Positions 28,682-39,046 are shown, counted from the first letter of the stretch. The stretch: 64,000 bases of DNA from Candidatus Bathyarchaeia archaeon (GCA_050012255.1 JBEKHN010000003.1:32001-96000); one strand, 5' to 3'. The notes: generated by a model from the sequence alone, not told the origin. Made by a program: numbers and translations.

Positions 28682-30136
28682 TTACTCGACGTGCACTCTG
28701 AAGAGGTCTATGTCTTCTCGCATTTCCGGCGTTGCTTCGAGGAAGTCTCTCACCGCATGTTCAACATCCCTTGACTGTGTCACGTATCTTCCAACGATGA
28801 TTATGTCAGCGCCTTTTTGCAGGGCTTCTCTTCCAGTCTCTGGCACTATTCCGCCTGCCACAGCGATCAGGAACTTTTTGTCCTTGAAGGTCTGCCTAAT
28901 TTCCGGGATGATCTCCAACCCGTGTGTTCTTCCTGTTTCTTGGTCTATGCCCCTGTGTAGGACGATGATGTCGGGGAACTCTTTGATCGACTTCAGTTTC
29001 TTGAGTGCGTCTTCAACGTTCATCATGTCGACCACAGCGTATATTCCGAGTCTCTTTGCCTCGTGAATGAACGAGTCGAGTGTTTCAGGAGCTGCCAGTC
29101 CCGAGGCGACAACGGCGTCTGCCGTTTCGTCGAAGGCCAGGTCAACTTCGACTTTGCCTACGTCCAGGGTTTTGAGGTCTGCTACGAAGAAGATGTCTTT
29201 AGCCACTTCTCGCAGTTCGTTTATCACTTTTGTTCCATATCTCTTGATCAGAGGCGTTCCAACCTCCAGGATTATTCTGTCGCTTCCAGGCAGCTGTGCT
29301 ATCACTTTCTTTGCTCTTTCCACGTCTGGGTTGTCAAGCGAAATCTGCAGGTACGGCGGTCTCCACAGGCGGGGCACTTTGAACCCCATTATTGGATGTC
29401 TGGCTCTGTCCTTGTCGTAGAGGATCTTTTCCAGCGATGGGTACTTTGCTATGGCCCTCTTCAGCGCCAGCTTGGTCGCCCCATAGTTGTAATGGTAGAT
29501 CTTGCGGAAGTCACTTGCTTGAGGACTTACGAAGACGCTGGCCACTATGACCCAGTCGTCGATCTTGTCTCTGGGGATTATTCCGTCTTCCACTGCGTCA
29601 GCAACAGCTTTTGCAACTGCAGCTTGGGCCGGTCCAAATATCTTGTCCACGTCTTGAATGTTTTTTATGGTGACTTTGGGCACGAGCAGCGTGTGCGGTT
29701 TAGGCGGAAGGTTCGGCCTTATCACTGCTAACAAGGGTGTGTGTCCCGCAGACAGGTTGCACATTCCTGCCGCAAAAGCCTCTCCGACCGGCCCGTTTTT
29801 GTCGCCTATGAGCAGGTCTATGTGCGCAACCTCGTTTCCCTCTCCGACTAGCGCCTCACCAATCAAGTATGCATATCCTGATTCTTCGACGGATTCCGAC
29901 AGTAAGTTTGTCGGCAAGCTGTCTGTGACCTCTTTGAAATCTACATCGAATTCTTTGAGCCACGTGTAAAGCGTGTCCCTGTGAATGTTTAAGGCTTCAG
30001 CCGTTCCGAGCACTGTTGGCTTTGTCGGTTTAATTCTTGTAGCAGCACGGCCTTCGGCTGCCTTTTTGGCGGCTTCCGTCAGCATCTTAATGAGTTCTTC
30101 TCTTGTTTCAGGCTTCTTGATGTCGTGTTCCGACAT
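28682..30136 (-). CDS. fae-hps: Bifunctional formaldehyde-activating enzyme / 3-hexulose-6-phosphate synthase with extra N-terminal HTH
   Basis: Fae: [43 protein letters not shown]. Hps: [28 protein letters not shown]-terminus: [17 protein letters not shown]. Confidence 0.95.
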   Translation of the reverse strand: MSEHDIKKPETREELIKMLTEAAKKAAEGRAATRIKPTKPTVLGTAEALNIHRDTLYTWLKEFDVDFKEVTDSLPTNLLSESVEESGYAYLIGEALVGEGNEVAHIDLLIGDKNGPVGEAFAAGMCNLSAGHTPLLAVIRPNLPPKPHTLLVPKVTIKNIQDVDKIFGPAQAAVAKAVADAVEDGIIPRDKIDDWVIVASVFVSPQASDFRKIYHYNYGATKLALKRAIAKYPSLEKILYDKDRARHPIMGFKVPRLWRPPYLQISLDNPDVERAKKVIAQLPGSDRIILEVGTPLIKRYGTKVINELREVAKDIFFVADLKTLDVGKVEVDLAFDETADAVVASGLAAPETLDSFIHEAKRLGIYAVVDMMNVEDALKKLKSIKEFPDIIVLHRGIDQETGRTHGLEIIPEIRQTFKDKKFLIAVAGGIVPETGREALQKGADIIIVGRYVTQSRDVEHAVRDFLEATPEMREDIDLFRVHVE

Positions 30137-30362
30137 TTCTGACTCACAACTGCTATCTAGCTGTGCCGCTGGTATATAAGAGTGTCGGCAGCATTGAAGT
30201 CAGAGGGACCAATAACCATGTGGCCGTCATATTTCTGTCGCCTTTAGGCAGCATGTCGGGTGTTCTTCAGGCGCTACCTGTGGTTTCTGATCGCGAAGTG
30301 TCGGGAACTGGAGGGGCGAACGTGTTTCAAGGACAGCCGGATGTCGGGATGTCTGATGTCAG
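30120..30362 (-). promoter_or_regulatory. fae-hps promoter with TATA box and TGTCGG/CCGACA motif array
   Basis: Minus-strand TTATATA at 30174-30180; hexamers at 30130, 30183, 30254, 30299, 30342; ATGTCG-N5-CGACAT inverted repeat at 30120-30136. Confidence 0.65.
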
Positions 30363-30464
30363 ACTGTATAGTGTGACGGTTGATGATTCTGTTCTCAGAG
30401 CGGCAAAGTCTATATACTCTGAGACAGTGTAGAACGGTGAAAACTGGCTTCCGGAGTTGCCTCG

Positions 30465-30644
30465 ATGTGGTGGAGAGACTTGGTGTTTCTGTTCTTGGTG
30501 ATCGTAGGCTTGGTGTTGTTCTTGTATGGCGCTAACTCCTATGAAGGCACAGTCGGCTGGACCGGCATCGGCCTGCTTGCTGCTGGGTTTTTTGGTTACA
30601 TAGCTTTGAAAGTGTATGAGGCTTCAACAAAGAAGAAAGAATGA
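30465..30644 (+). CDS. Small two-TM membrane protein (59 aa)
   Basis: Hand translation MWWRDLVFLFLVIVGLVLFLYGANSYEGTVGWTGIGLLAAGFFGYIALKVYEASTKKKE; GGAG upstream. Confidence 0.7.
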   Translation: MWWRDLVFLFLVIVGLVLFLYGANSYEGTVGWTGIGLLAAGFFGYIALKVYEASTKKKE

Positions 30645-31035
30645 CTAAGATTCGCCGGTGCTTAACATCCCTGTGTTCGCGTTTTCACTCGTCTAACACG
30701 CATACCCCCTCCCCCTAGGGTGTTAGTACTGCACGTGGGTGCTGGGGAAGGCCCTTTTGACTTTGGGCTGGCTTGAGGCCGAGTGTTTGCAGAGGGTTTG
30801 GCAGATGGTCTCGGCAAGGGTAGTGACTGCGCAATGCGTTTCGCCGTTGCCCCTTTTTCTGGTTTTGTCTGTTCTGTCATCGTCAGCGTTTCCGGGCGTG
30901 TTGCACTATGCTTCCATGTTCTTTCCGTCTAATTTGAGCGAAATCAAGGTGACCTCCTGAGTCTTGAGGTGAAAGGGTCGAGCGTCAGGGCGACTCCGTG
31001 TTTCCTGAGGAGAGAGAAGTTGTCATCCGTTCTTC

Positions 31036-32046
31036 TTAGGTTACTCTGAGCTGTTCTACTTCTTCTTTCCGTGGAACTTGAACACTCAGTGGTTTCTCGC
31101 AGTGTTGCTTGCCGAATTTCACTTGCACATTGCCTTGTTTCTTGTCTGAGTAGTAAGCGGTTAGCTCTGCGGCTTTCTGGATGGCGGTTCTGGTTTTGGG
31201 TCCTTGGAGCAAGGTTATGGGGCTTCCGCAGTCTTGGGCTTCGAAGCAGTAATCATTCGCCATTTTCATTTGAGTCAAGAGCTTGTTTTCAGTTTCGTTC
31301 CTGCCAACTATGATTTTGCTCTTTCCAAACCTGAAGTGTCGTCCAACTTTCAGCAACTGCACGTCTTTCAAGGAGACTCTTCTCTTGTGGTCAAACAGGT
31401 CTTTCAGTTTAGCAGCGAATTCCTTGTACGTTAATAGGCAGCCTCCGCCTGGGCACGAATAGCCAGTTACATTCATCTCTTCAGCAAGCTTGATCTGCTT
31501 CTTTCTTGAGCGGCCTTCGATGCCGAGTAGCGCTTCTCCGTTTACGAAACCCTTGTCTTCGGCTTCAGTCTTCGGCAGCAACCTTGCAGACAGCGGTCTG
31601 AGGATCTTCCCCTTTAAACCTGCTTTCTCCTCTATTAGGCCTAGAGTTCTTCCATGCTGTGACATGGGTCTTTGACCTAAGACTTCGCCGGTGATGATGA
31701 ACAGCGCGCCTGTTTTCTCTGCATACGTCTTGGCCTTCTTCAGCATGAAAATTCTGCAGTCAACGCAAGGGTTCATGTTCTTTCCATAGCCAAACCGCGG
31801 TTTTCTGACAATCCTAAGGTATTCCTCGCCGACGCTGATCGTTTTCAACGGTATGCTGAGGCTCTTTGCCACTTCTGGGGCTCCACAGCCGCCTTTTCTG
31901 CAGAGACAGAAAGGGCTCACAAAGTTAACTGCTTCCACATCTATGCCCTGATCCAGCATAAGCTTCACGGCCAGCGTGCTGTCTAACCCGCCGGACACGA
32001 GGGCTAGAGCCTTTGTCTTCTTGCCTCTCGAAGCCATGGTTTTCAC
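31036..32046 (-). CDS. tRNA thiouridylase-like PP-loop ATPase (ThiI/MnmA-related, DUF814-type C-terminus)
   Basis: SGGLDS, NPCVDC, TGEVLGQRPMSQ, GGCLLT, VGRN..EN. Confidence 0.85.
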   Translation of the reverse strand: MKTMASRGKKTKALALVSGGLDSTLAVKLMLDQGIDVEAVNFVSPFCLCRKGGCGAPEVAKSLSIPLKTISVGEEYLRIVRKPRFGYGKNMNPCVDCRIFMLKKAKTYAEKTGALFIITGEVLGQRPMSQHGRTLGLIEEKAGLKGKILRPLSARLLPKTEAEDKGFVNGEALLGIEGRSRKKQIKLAEEMNVTGYSCPGGGCLLTYKEFAAKLKDLFDHKRRVSLKDVQLLKVGRHFRFGKSKIIVGRNETENKLLTQMKMANDYCFEAQDCGSPITLLQGPKTRTAIQKAAELTAYYSDKKQGNVQVKFGKQHCEKPLSVQVPRKEEVEQLRVT

Positions 32047-32163
32047 AACGTAGACATACGCCTTTAGCGTTCTGACGTATTAATGGGTTACTTAGAAGCT
32101 TCGTACACTAGAAAAAGAGGGTTTGTCAAGGGGTTTATTTTCCCTTGGCTGGTGCTTCTTGAT

Positions 32164-32583
32164 CTAGACTAGGAGAGTTACGTCTGCACCTGCTGCTATG
32201 TTTAGGAATGTTGCTGCGCCGACCAATTCATCTACTTCCGGAATCAGGTCTTCTCTTTTGACGCTGAACATTTCCATGCTCGGAGTGCAGGCGTATATCT
32301 TCAGGAGCCCCGAAGTCTTCATCCTCTTGAGCATTTCGTAGGGCGTCGGGTACTTCATCTGTTTCAACTTTTCTCTCATCGGTTTTTCCATCTGCTTATA
32401 ATCGCTTGGCAAGCCTGCTTTTTCCATTGCCCCTTTGACGAGCGCTTGGAGACCCCAGAAAGTGAAGTAGAGGTGCGCTTCCCATCCCATCGACGTTGCG
32501 GTTGACCCCAGTATGAAGGCGCATAGGAGTTTGTCCAGTGTTCCGCTGTGAACTACCAACGCTAGTTTCTTCTTTTCCGGCAT
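32164..32583 (-). CDS. DsrE/DsrF/DrsH-like sulfur carrier
   Basis: SGTLDK, YFTFWGL, IYAC..SM, VGAATFL; likely start MPEKKK. Confidence 0.88.
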   Translation of the reverse strand: MPEKKKLALVVHSGTLDKLLCAFILGSTATSMGWEAHLYFTFWGLQALVKGAMEKAGLPSDYKQMEKPMREKLKQMKYPTPYEMLKRMKTSGLLKIYACTPSMEMFSVKREDLIPEVDELVGAATFLNIAAGADVTLLV

Positions 32584-32727
32584 ACGGTCACTTTCCATTT
32601 TTAGATTAGAGGGGAATATGACATATGTAATATTTAATGCTTTCTGCATCCCCGTCGTTGAGTTGCGGTAGGAAAAAAGTGTGTTTCAAGGTGTTAGCAC
32701 GAGATTCAGAGGAATTGTATTCGAAGC

Positions 32728-33447
32728 TTAGAGTATTTCCTCAGGGTGATCGACGAAAGTGTATTTTTCTCTTCTCAGAAGCTCGGCTGTCTGATTCCAT
32801 AGTCCAGAGATTTTTTCAGAATCAGGTTCCTCTAAGATGTCTTGTATTTGACTTTCTAGGTTTGCAGGCTTTTTATGAAGAAAGCTAATTTCTTTCAACG
32901 CCCACTGGGTCCTAGGAGCCCATCTTTCGTTTAGGTTAAAAAGCAATCGAATTAATTCCTGAATGGCGATCGCAGCATAAATCCTCGCGGCCCCACGGTT
33001 GTTGTGTTCAAGGCAGCTCAGCGATTTCAGAGTGTTCTCCCAATAACCAATGTAGTATCGTTTCAGTCGTTCCAGCCTCGAACCCGTGTCATAGCTCGTT
33101 ATCTCCCTTAATGCTTCTTCTAGAGTGTTTGTCTTGTCGAACAAGACAATGGAGTCTTGGAAGTCCCAGTGATCTTCGTCGCTTTTGGAGTTTTTGATAT
33201 CGCGAAGCATGTCGGCCGTTGTGAATTTCAAGTCATACTCTTCGGTGTGGATAACTTTTCGGAAGTTCTTCTCAAGCATCGCATACTTCTCTTCAGTGAC
33301 GACCAGTACGAGGTCAACGTCAGAAAATTCATCGTCGTAGCCTTTCACTGCAGACCCGATCTGAATGATTCCCAAGACTGCTTCGTCAGTTCTGTAAGTG
33401 TCCAGCAACTTTTCGACCAATTTCTTCCGCGACTCCACAGAGACCAC
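32728..33447 (-). CDS. Nucleotidyltransferase-domain protein (DUF4037-like C-terminus)
   Basis: GS..KG..D..SDVD; LF.LN..WAP..QW. Confidence 0.8.
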   Translation of the reverse strand: MVSVESRKKLVEKLLDTYRTDEAVLGIIQIGSAVKGYDDEFSDVDLVLVVTEEKYAMLEKNFRKVIHTEEYDLKFTTADMLRDIKNSKSDEDHWDFQDSIVLFDKTNTLEEALREITSYDTGSRLERLKRYYIGYWENTLKSLSCLEHNNRGAARIYAAIAIQELIRLLFNLNERWAPRTQWALKEISFLHKKPANLESQIQDILEEPDSEKISGLWNQTAELLRREKYTFVDHPEEIL

Positions 33448-33549
33448 CGCTCATAGCAGAGTTGATTTCTCATTTCTCACTCGTCACTTTCCCCAACGGT
33501 GACAAGACTAAAAAGACTATCTGGGAATGCTTAGAAATGAGATTTGAAT

Positions 33550-36126
33550 TCAAATGCCATTTTCGTATTTCGCTAGGGCAGCTATTTCGATTGGCACCAC
33601 TTTTCTGTACACGCACTCTGGTTTTCGTACAACCCCATCAACGTTCAAAAGATCTTTAACTCGTATGCCGAATAACTTTTCGTTTTCTTTCAGCAGCGGC
33701 AAGATTTTCCCCCAGTCTTCTCCGGAGATTGTGCTAATTCTGCCGCCGTTAAGCTGGTCTTCACCGACCGTCTCTCTAGGGTCTCTCAGGTACACAGCGC
33801 TTGCCGCGGCGAGAGGAAACAGGTTTCCGCCTTGGTAGGGGGTTTCTTGCTCTGCGATTTTTCCGTGGTCATCAAACGTCATTCCGTTAAGAATTATAAA
33901 CCCTCTCGCTGCCATGCAAGATTCGCCCATATAATCCTTGCATGAACCATTGATGACAGCCGTGGCACTTCCAACAGCGTTGATCAGCGGTCTGTCGATC
34001 AGATCCCCCAGAATGAACGTCACTCCGCCCTTGGCGCCGTATTCGAATGCTTTTCCCGCGTCTCCGAAGATTACCAGTTTTCCTGATTTGAAGCAGTAAG
34101 CCACAGAGTCCTGAGCGCTTTCGTGCACGTAAAACTCTGGGCCGTCTGCAAAAGCGGCAAGGCAGTCGCCGACTCTTCCGTATACGTCGACTCTAACCTT
34201 GTCTCTTGAAACGAGACCAGCTCCGAAGTTTCTCTGCCCTCTGAAGTTGTAGGCGATGAAGTTCTTCCAGCCTAGTTCGTAGGCCCTTTCAAGAAACTGG
34301 CATGTTCCCCCTTCTCCCTCGGGCTGAAATTCAGAGGCGTCTATAATGAGAGTTTGACTCAAACGTGTTGGGCTTCTTAGGTGTTTTCTCTCTTTAAAGT
34401 TGATCAAACAGTAACTGCTGTTCACGTTGGATCCTGCAGAATGCGCTGAATCGAAAATGTCGAAGAGTTTCTCTTCTAGCAGAGAGACAATGTCACTTCT
34501 TCTCTTGCCACCGCTATCATATCTTCTGTCTATTAGCAATGTAAGCGTCTCTATAACGACTGATTTCTCTTCATCTCCTTTGTCAGCATATTTCTTCATG
34601 GTTTCTGCAAACGAACACACCTCGCCGAAACTCCAGTCTCCGATGCTCTTTGCAGCGTATGCGAACAGGTCGACGGCAGTTCGCCTTCCTTTTAGTCTTT
34701 CATCAAAACTAGAAGGTCGAGGTGGATCATGAATGTTTATTCTCCTGTAATGTTGCTGGCTTCTCGTGGCTGAGATTGGTTTCCCAAACTTGTCAGTGCA
34801 CGTGAGGTTCTTTGATTTGTCGACGGTGAAAACAAAGGCGCCTCCGTCAGTGTAACTGCCTCCTCTGGCATACCAGTAACGGTCGCACATTGGATAGAAT
34901 CTTGGGTCCTCCTTCGATAGATCTTGTACCATTGCGTCTATTGCCTGTTTCTCGGAGGCTATGAATCCCATTTTAACTTCTCCTTCTTGGAGTGCAAAGA
35001 CCTGCGGTCTCAGCATTGAGGTGTCAGTTATGCCGATTAGCTGGAACTCATTTTTGTAAGGATTGTTTCTGGCAATGATGAAGAACCATGGTCCGTCTGG
35101 AGAGCTCTGAACGTGCGTTGCTTGGACAGCCTTGTAGATTTTCTTCTTGTTCTCTGGAAGCATCGCAAAGTCTCTTTCAGTCGTTGGGGCAATGGCTTCA
35201 ATTGCGTATTCCAGCGGGTATCCATAGATCCTCGTTAAAAGGTCCCAGTATAGGGCAGCAACTTCCGTGTCCGTCAGGAATAGGGGGAAAATCTCTCTCT
35301 GTCTCAGGTATTCTGTTATTGAGTGATAATTTGCAAAATCGCCGTTGTGAACCAAGGCATCGTGCAAGCCTATGAATGGGTGGGAACCGCCGGGATGCCA
35401 GATTTTTCCCTTCGTTGGGTATCTTTGATGTCCAATCCAAATGTGTGCTTCAAGGTCTTCAAGTTGATAGTACCGGAGAACTTGTTCAGCATATCCTACA
35501 ATTTTAAAGACGACAATGTTTTTTCCATGAGAAAGAACGAAGGCTTTCTTTTCGCCCAGAGAAGCGTAATATTTTTTGTTGAGGGCAAAACTGTTTCTGT
35601 AGATGAACTCATCCTCTGCTTTTCCGGATTCGAAACCTTCAAACCCATTCTTCTCGATGAATTGCCTCAGTCTATCTTCTTTTGCTCTTACGAAATATCT
35701 CCAAACCTCTGGAGGCCTTACTTCTAGACCTATGCTTATGTGGTTCTCGATCACAGGGATTTTCTCTACGTGCTCAACGTTGAGGTTGGAATTTATGAAT
35801 TGAGATTCAACTTCCCTTCTTGATTTTGGGTCAATGTAGGCTATTTGCAATATGTAATCTTCTTCCAAGACCCTCTGCGAAACGCCTAGTTGCTTCGCAG
35901 AAAGACCGACGGCCGCTATGCCGCCGCCCTTACCGTTTCCTCTGTTGTGCATCTGAATAAGTGGCCTTAGTAAGTGTCTTCCTTTTATCGGGATGGAGCT
36001 GGCCACTCCAAGGACGCCGCATCCCCCTTCCGCCACTTTCTCATAGACCGGATTATTGGAGTGGTCTGTGACACATTCTTTCCTTGGAACTATTGGATTT
36101 TGACCGTTTCTGTCCAAAGCTGTCAC
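33550..36126 (-). CDS. Glutamate synthase-like subunit: class II amidotransferase plus GXGXG domain
   Basis: EGGCGV, HNRGNG, HQRYPT, VHNGD.ANY, TDTEV; C-terminal beta-helix repeats; likely GTG start overlapping the upstream TGA. Confidence 0.87.
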   Translation of the reverse strand: MTALDRNGQNPIVPRKECVTDHSNNPVYEKVAEGGCGVLGVASSIPIKGRHLLRPLIQMHNRGNGKGGGIAAVGLSAKQLGVSQRVLEEDYILQIAYIDPKSRREVESQFINSNLNVEHVEKIPVIENHISIGLEVRPPEVWRYFVRAKEDRLRQFIEKNGFEGFESGKAEDEFIYRNSFALNKKYYASLGEKKAFVLSHGKNIVVFKIVGYAEQVLRYYQLEDLEAHIWIGHQRYPTKGKIWHPGGSHPFIGLHDALVHNGDFANYHSITEYLRQREIFPLFLTDTEVAALYWDLLTRIYGYPLEYAIEAIAPTTERDFAMLPENKKKIYKAVQATHVQSSPDGPWFFIIARNNPYKNEFQLIGITDTSMLRPQVFALQEGEVKMGFIASEKQAIDAMVQDLSKEDPRFYPMCDRYWYARGGSYTDGGAFVFTVDKSKNLTCTDKFGKPISATRSQQHYRRINIHDPPRPSSFDERLKGRRTAVDLFAYAAKSIGDWSFGEVCSFAETMKKYADKGDEEKSVVIETLTLLIDRRYDSGGKRRSDIVSLLEEKLFDIFDSAHSAGSNVNSSYCLINFKERKHLRSPTRLSQTLIIDASEFQPEGEGGTCQFLERAYELGWKNFIAYNFRGQRNFGAGLVSRDKVRVDVYGRVGDCLAAFADGPEFYVHESAQDSVAYCFKSGKLVIFGDAGKAFEYGAKGGVTFILGDLIDRPLINAVGSATAVINGSCKDYMGESCMAARGFIILNGMTFDDHGKIAEQETPYQGGNLFPLAAASAVYLRDPRETVGEDQLNGGRISTISGEDWGKILPLLKENEKLFGIRVKDLLNVDGVVRKPECVYRKVVPIEIAALAKYENGI

Positions 36127-37673
36127 CTCAAATGGTCGAGATGAACCATGTGTCCGCATCGGCCTCTTTTGAACTTCACTTCATCGCGGGGTCGAAGTTC
36201 TCGGATGCTCTCTAAACCAAGCTTCCTCAGAATATAGCTCCACTGTGCCTTCCATGAACTGTAAAGGTTGATTATTCTTTGAGAACCCCAGTCTACGTCG
36301 ATGAAATACTTAAGCGCTGGGTCCGTTGTGGCTATTCCAGCCGGGCAGCCTTTTCCTCTTTCACAGTTTTCACACCTTTTACATCCGAGTGCGACTAGTT
36401 CCGCTGTTCCAATTACCGCTCCATCCGCTCCTAAGGCTATAGCCTTAGCAACGTCGAATGCCGTCCTTATCCCACCGCTGGCCATTATCGTTATCTCGTC
36501 TCTGACTCCTTCTCTTACCAAGTAGTTGTGAACGATTGGGATTGCATATTCAACTGGCATAGCAATGTTTTTCTTAGCTATATCCGGAGCTGCCCCTGTT
36601 CCGCCGTACCCGCCGTCTATTTGCAGAATGTGGGCTCCTGCGTAATAACTTCCGATCGCTACCATATCAACGTCTGTGGGAGTTGAAACTTTCACAGAAA
36701 TGAGGGCTTGAGGGTTTATGTCTTCCATCAATTGAACGTGTCTGTAGTGATCCTCAACGGAGTAAACGTTATGAAAGGGGAATGGAGAAAACAGACTTAT
36801 GTAGGGGACTACCTCGCGTATTGCTGCAACATCAGGAGTGACCTTGTCAGCAAGTAAGTGTCCTCCTAAGCCGGGTTTCGCGCCCTGCGCGTATTTCAGA
36901 ACAATAATCTTTGTTCTCTTAACAGTATTGGCATTCACCCCGAAGTGGCCGGTAGCAACTTGCGTTATAACGTGATTCTTGTACTGGATTAACTCGTCAG
37001 GATAGCCGCCCTCACCCGTGCTGGTAAAGGTGTTCCAGGCCTCAGCTGCTTTGGCTCTTGCAAGCATCACGTTCAAGCTTACGGAGCCAAAGGACATATC
37101 CCCGCCGTAGACTGGAATAGGAATCTTGATGTCTGGTCGTCCGTCATTTCTCTTGTTCAGAACTATAGAAGTATCCCTGTCCTCTTCGTTAGTCAGCTCA
37201 TCCTCGCAAAGTCCTTTGTCATAAAGTTCAAAATCAAATCGCAGCTTGTCAAAACCTCCCCCAGAGCCCCCAACTCTATGCTCGTATTTTCTCGATACCT
37301 TTCCGACTTCAGCCTCTTCCCAAGTTGACATTACTAAGTCAGCAGTCCATCGTAGGTCGCCGAGGGCAAGGTACTGTGGGCTGAGTTTAACGGACAAAGC
37401 CTTGTCTGGGCACTCGTTCACGCACCGGTTACAAGAAAAGCCTGCACAAGAAATCTTTGGAACGGCTAGGCGCAGGTATCCACTGGGCTTTTTGTAGGCT
37501 TCATAATCGATCGATGAAGATCCTATGCATGATGGGCAGACTTCCGCGCAAATTCCGCACATTGAACATTTGGACCTATCCATGATCACTTCATACTTCT
37601 CTATTGAGCCTAGAAATTGAAAAGGCGTGGGCTTTACTTCTGGCGTTTGAAAAAGGAGTTCCTTCTGCATCAT
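36123..37673 (-). CDS. Glutamate synthase FMN-binding subunit with N-terminal 4Fe-4S domain
   Basis: MSFGSVS, TGEGG, QVATG.FG, K.AQGAKPG.GGHL, DG..GGTGAAP, ASGGIR, CPAGIAT. Confidence 0.92.
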   Translation of the reverse strand: MMQKELLFQTPEVKPTPFQFLGSIEKYEVIMDRSKCSMCGICAEVCPSCIGSSSIDYEAYKKPSGYLRLAVPKISCAGFSCNRCVNECPDKALSVKLSPQYLALGDLRWTADLVMSTWEEAEVGKVSRKYEHRVGGSGGGFDKLRFDFELYDKGLCEDELTNEEDRDTSIVLNKRNDGRPDIKIPIPVYGGDMSFGSVSLNVMLARAKAAEAWNTFTSTGEGGYPDELIQYKNHVITQVATGHFGVNANTVKRTKIIVLKYAQGAKPGLGGHLLADKVTPDVAAIREVVPYISLFSPFPFHNVYSVEDHYRHVQLMEDINPQALISVKVSTPTDVDMVAIGSYYAGAHILQIDGGYGGTGAAPDIAKKNIAMPVEYAIPIVHNYLVREGVRDEITIMASGGIRTAFDVAKAIALGADGAVIGTAELVALGCKRCENCERGKGCPAGIATTDPALKYFIDVDWGSQRIINLYSSWKAQWSYILRKLGLESIRELRPRDEVKFKRGRCGHMVHLDHLR

Positions 37674-39046
37674 TCTTCGTCACCAAAAATCTTTGCTTCA
37701 AGGTCCTCATAGAACATCGCTCTGCCAACCTCGCCTGTTTGCCTTCTCACTTCCCGCAAACCCATTCCCCCGAGCACCTCCAACAGTTGGTCCCTCCATG
37801 CGCCGATCAAGTTTGTGATTCTCTGGGTTGCCAGTTCCACGTCTCCACCTTCCAGATTCATCAGGCAGTCTTCGCTGTGCCTATTTCCATAGCAAACTTT
37901 GCATCCGAGGGCAATTTGATATGCCATTCCAACCGCGACAGCATTGGCCCCGAGAATTATCGATTTGGGAACATGGGCTGCCTCCGCTATTCCCCCGCTG
38001 GAGATCAGAGTGATCTTTTCCCGATTGCGTTTATCAACGAGATGTGAGTGAACAGAACGGATGGCGCTTTTTATCACGTCAGGGTCTCGCTCAACAGCTC
38101 CATCGTCAACGTGAAGGTGAACGATGTCGCCTCCCATCTCTGCAATTGCATCCGCTCTTTCAGGAGCCTCTTTATCATAAGACAAGTAGAAGGAGACTAA
38201 CGCTGAAGGATTAGTCACTTTAACCTTCTTTAACTGATCCCTTATGTCGCCATCGCTAAACTCAACTTCAACGATTTGCGACTTTTTGATCAGATCTTCA
38301 AACTCATCTATTTCGTCCGAGTTAATTCTAGGTATCAGATTTGCTTTGAAACGGGCTAGGCCGGACGAATATTCCCTTGCGTTCACTATGGCAAAGGTCT
38401 TGAGCCTACGGGCAGCCTTCGCCAAAGCTAACTGGAGACTCCGACCTGTTTCGCAACTGAGTGGAGGTTCAAAAATTATGGGTATAGGAATCTCTACAGT
38501 TCTGGGAACGTTGGAAACCAGCTTCTCATTCTCGTCAAATTCAAGGGATTGAAGTCTCCTTCCCAAATCTACCGAAGTCGAAATATACTCTCTACCATGA
38601 ATTCCATCCCTCGTCGGTCTAACTATCTCTGAAAAATCGAACCAGATGCTGTCAAAACCCTCTCCCGCAAAAGGACCGGTATACCCAGCGCCAGAAACAG
38701 GAACCCTACCGGTTTCTGCTTCAAAATAGATTGTCTTTATCCTTTCTGGAGAAAAATAGGAATTTCCTAATTTTTCAAACTCAGGGTTGATTCCGATTGA
38801 AATGGCGCCCTTCGGGCATTTTAAGACACACATGTAACACCCCCTGCACAGATCCTGGATGGGCTCTGCAATCTGGCCGTCCTCGCTCGCCTCGTGCACA
38901 CCGTATATGCAAGCTTGGGTACATTCCTGAGCATTTGTACAGTTGTTATAGCGATTGACTGCATACTTTGGAGGCAATTTGATTTTTGGCGGTGCATCTT
39001 TCACCTCTATATAATATCTTTCGTAGACGGATTTCATCAAAAGCAC
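37670..39046 (-). CDS. Glutamate synthase-related FMN-domain paralog with ferredoxin domain, degenerate
   Basis: CRGCYMCVLKCP; SGGI...HVPKSIILGANAV; lacks TGEGG and QGAKPG. Confidence 0.8.
   Translation of the reverse strand: MLLMKSVYERYYIEVKDAPPKIKLPPKYAVNRYNNCTNAQECTQACIYGVHEASEDGQIAEPIQDLCRGCYMCVLKCPKGAISIGINPEFEKLGNSYFSPERIKTIYFEAETGRVPVSGAGYTGPFAGEGFDSIWFDFSEIVRPTRDGIHGREYISTSVDLGRRLQSLEFDENEKLVSNVPRTVEIPIPIIFEPPLSCETGRSLQLALAKAARRLKTFAIVNAREYSSGLARFKANLIPRINSDEIDEFEDLIKKSQIVEVEFSDGDIRDQLKKVKVTNPSALVSFYLSYDKEAPERADAIAEMGGDIVHLHVDDGAVERDPDVIKSAIRSVHSHLVDKRNREKITLISSGGIAEAAHVPKSIILGANAVAVGMAYQIALGCKVCYGNRHSEDCLMNLEGGDVELATQRITNLIGAWRDQLLEVLGGMGLREVRRQTGEVGRAMFYEDLEAKIFGDEE

Noticed and set aside
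30662-30960. 72-73 aa ORFs and a C-rich tract
   Set aside because: No motifs, and conflicting ORFs on both strands; cannot support a gene call.
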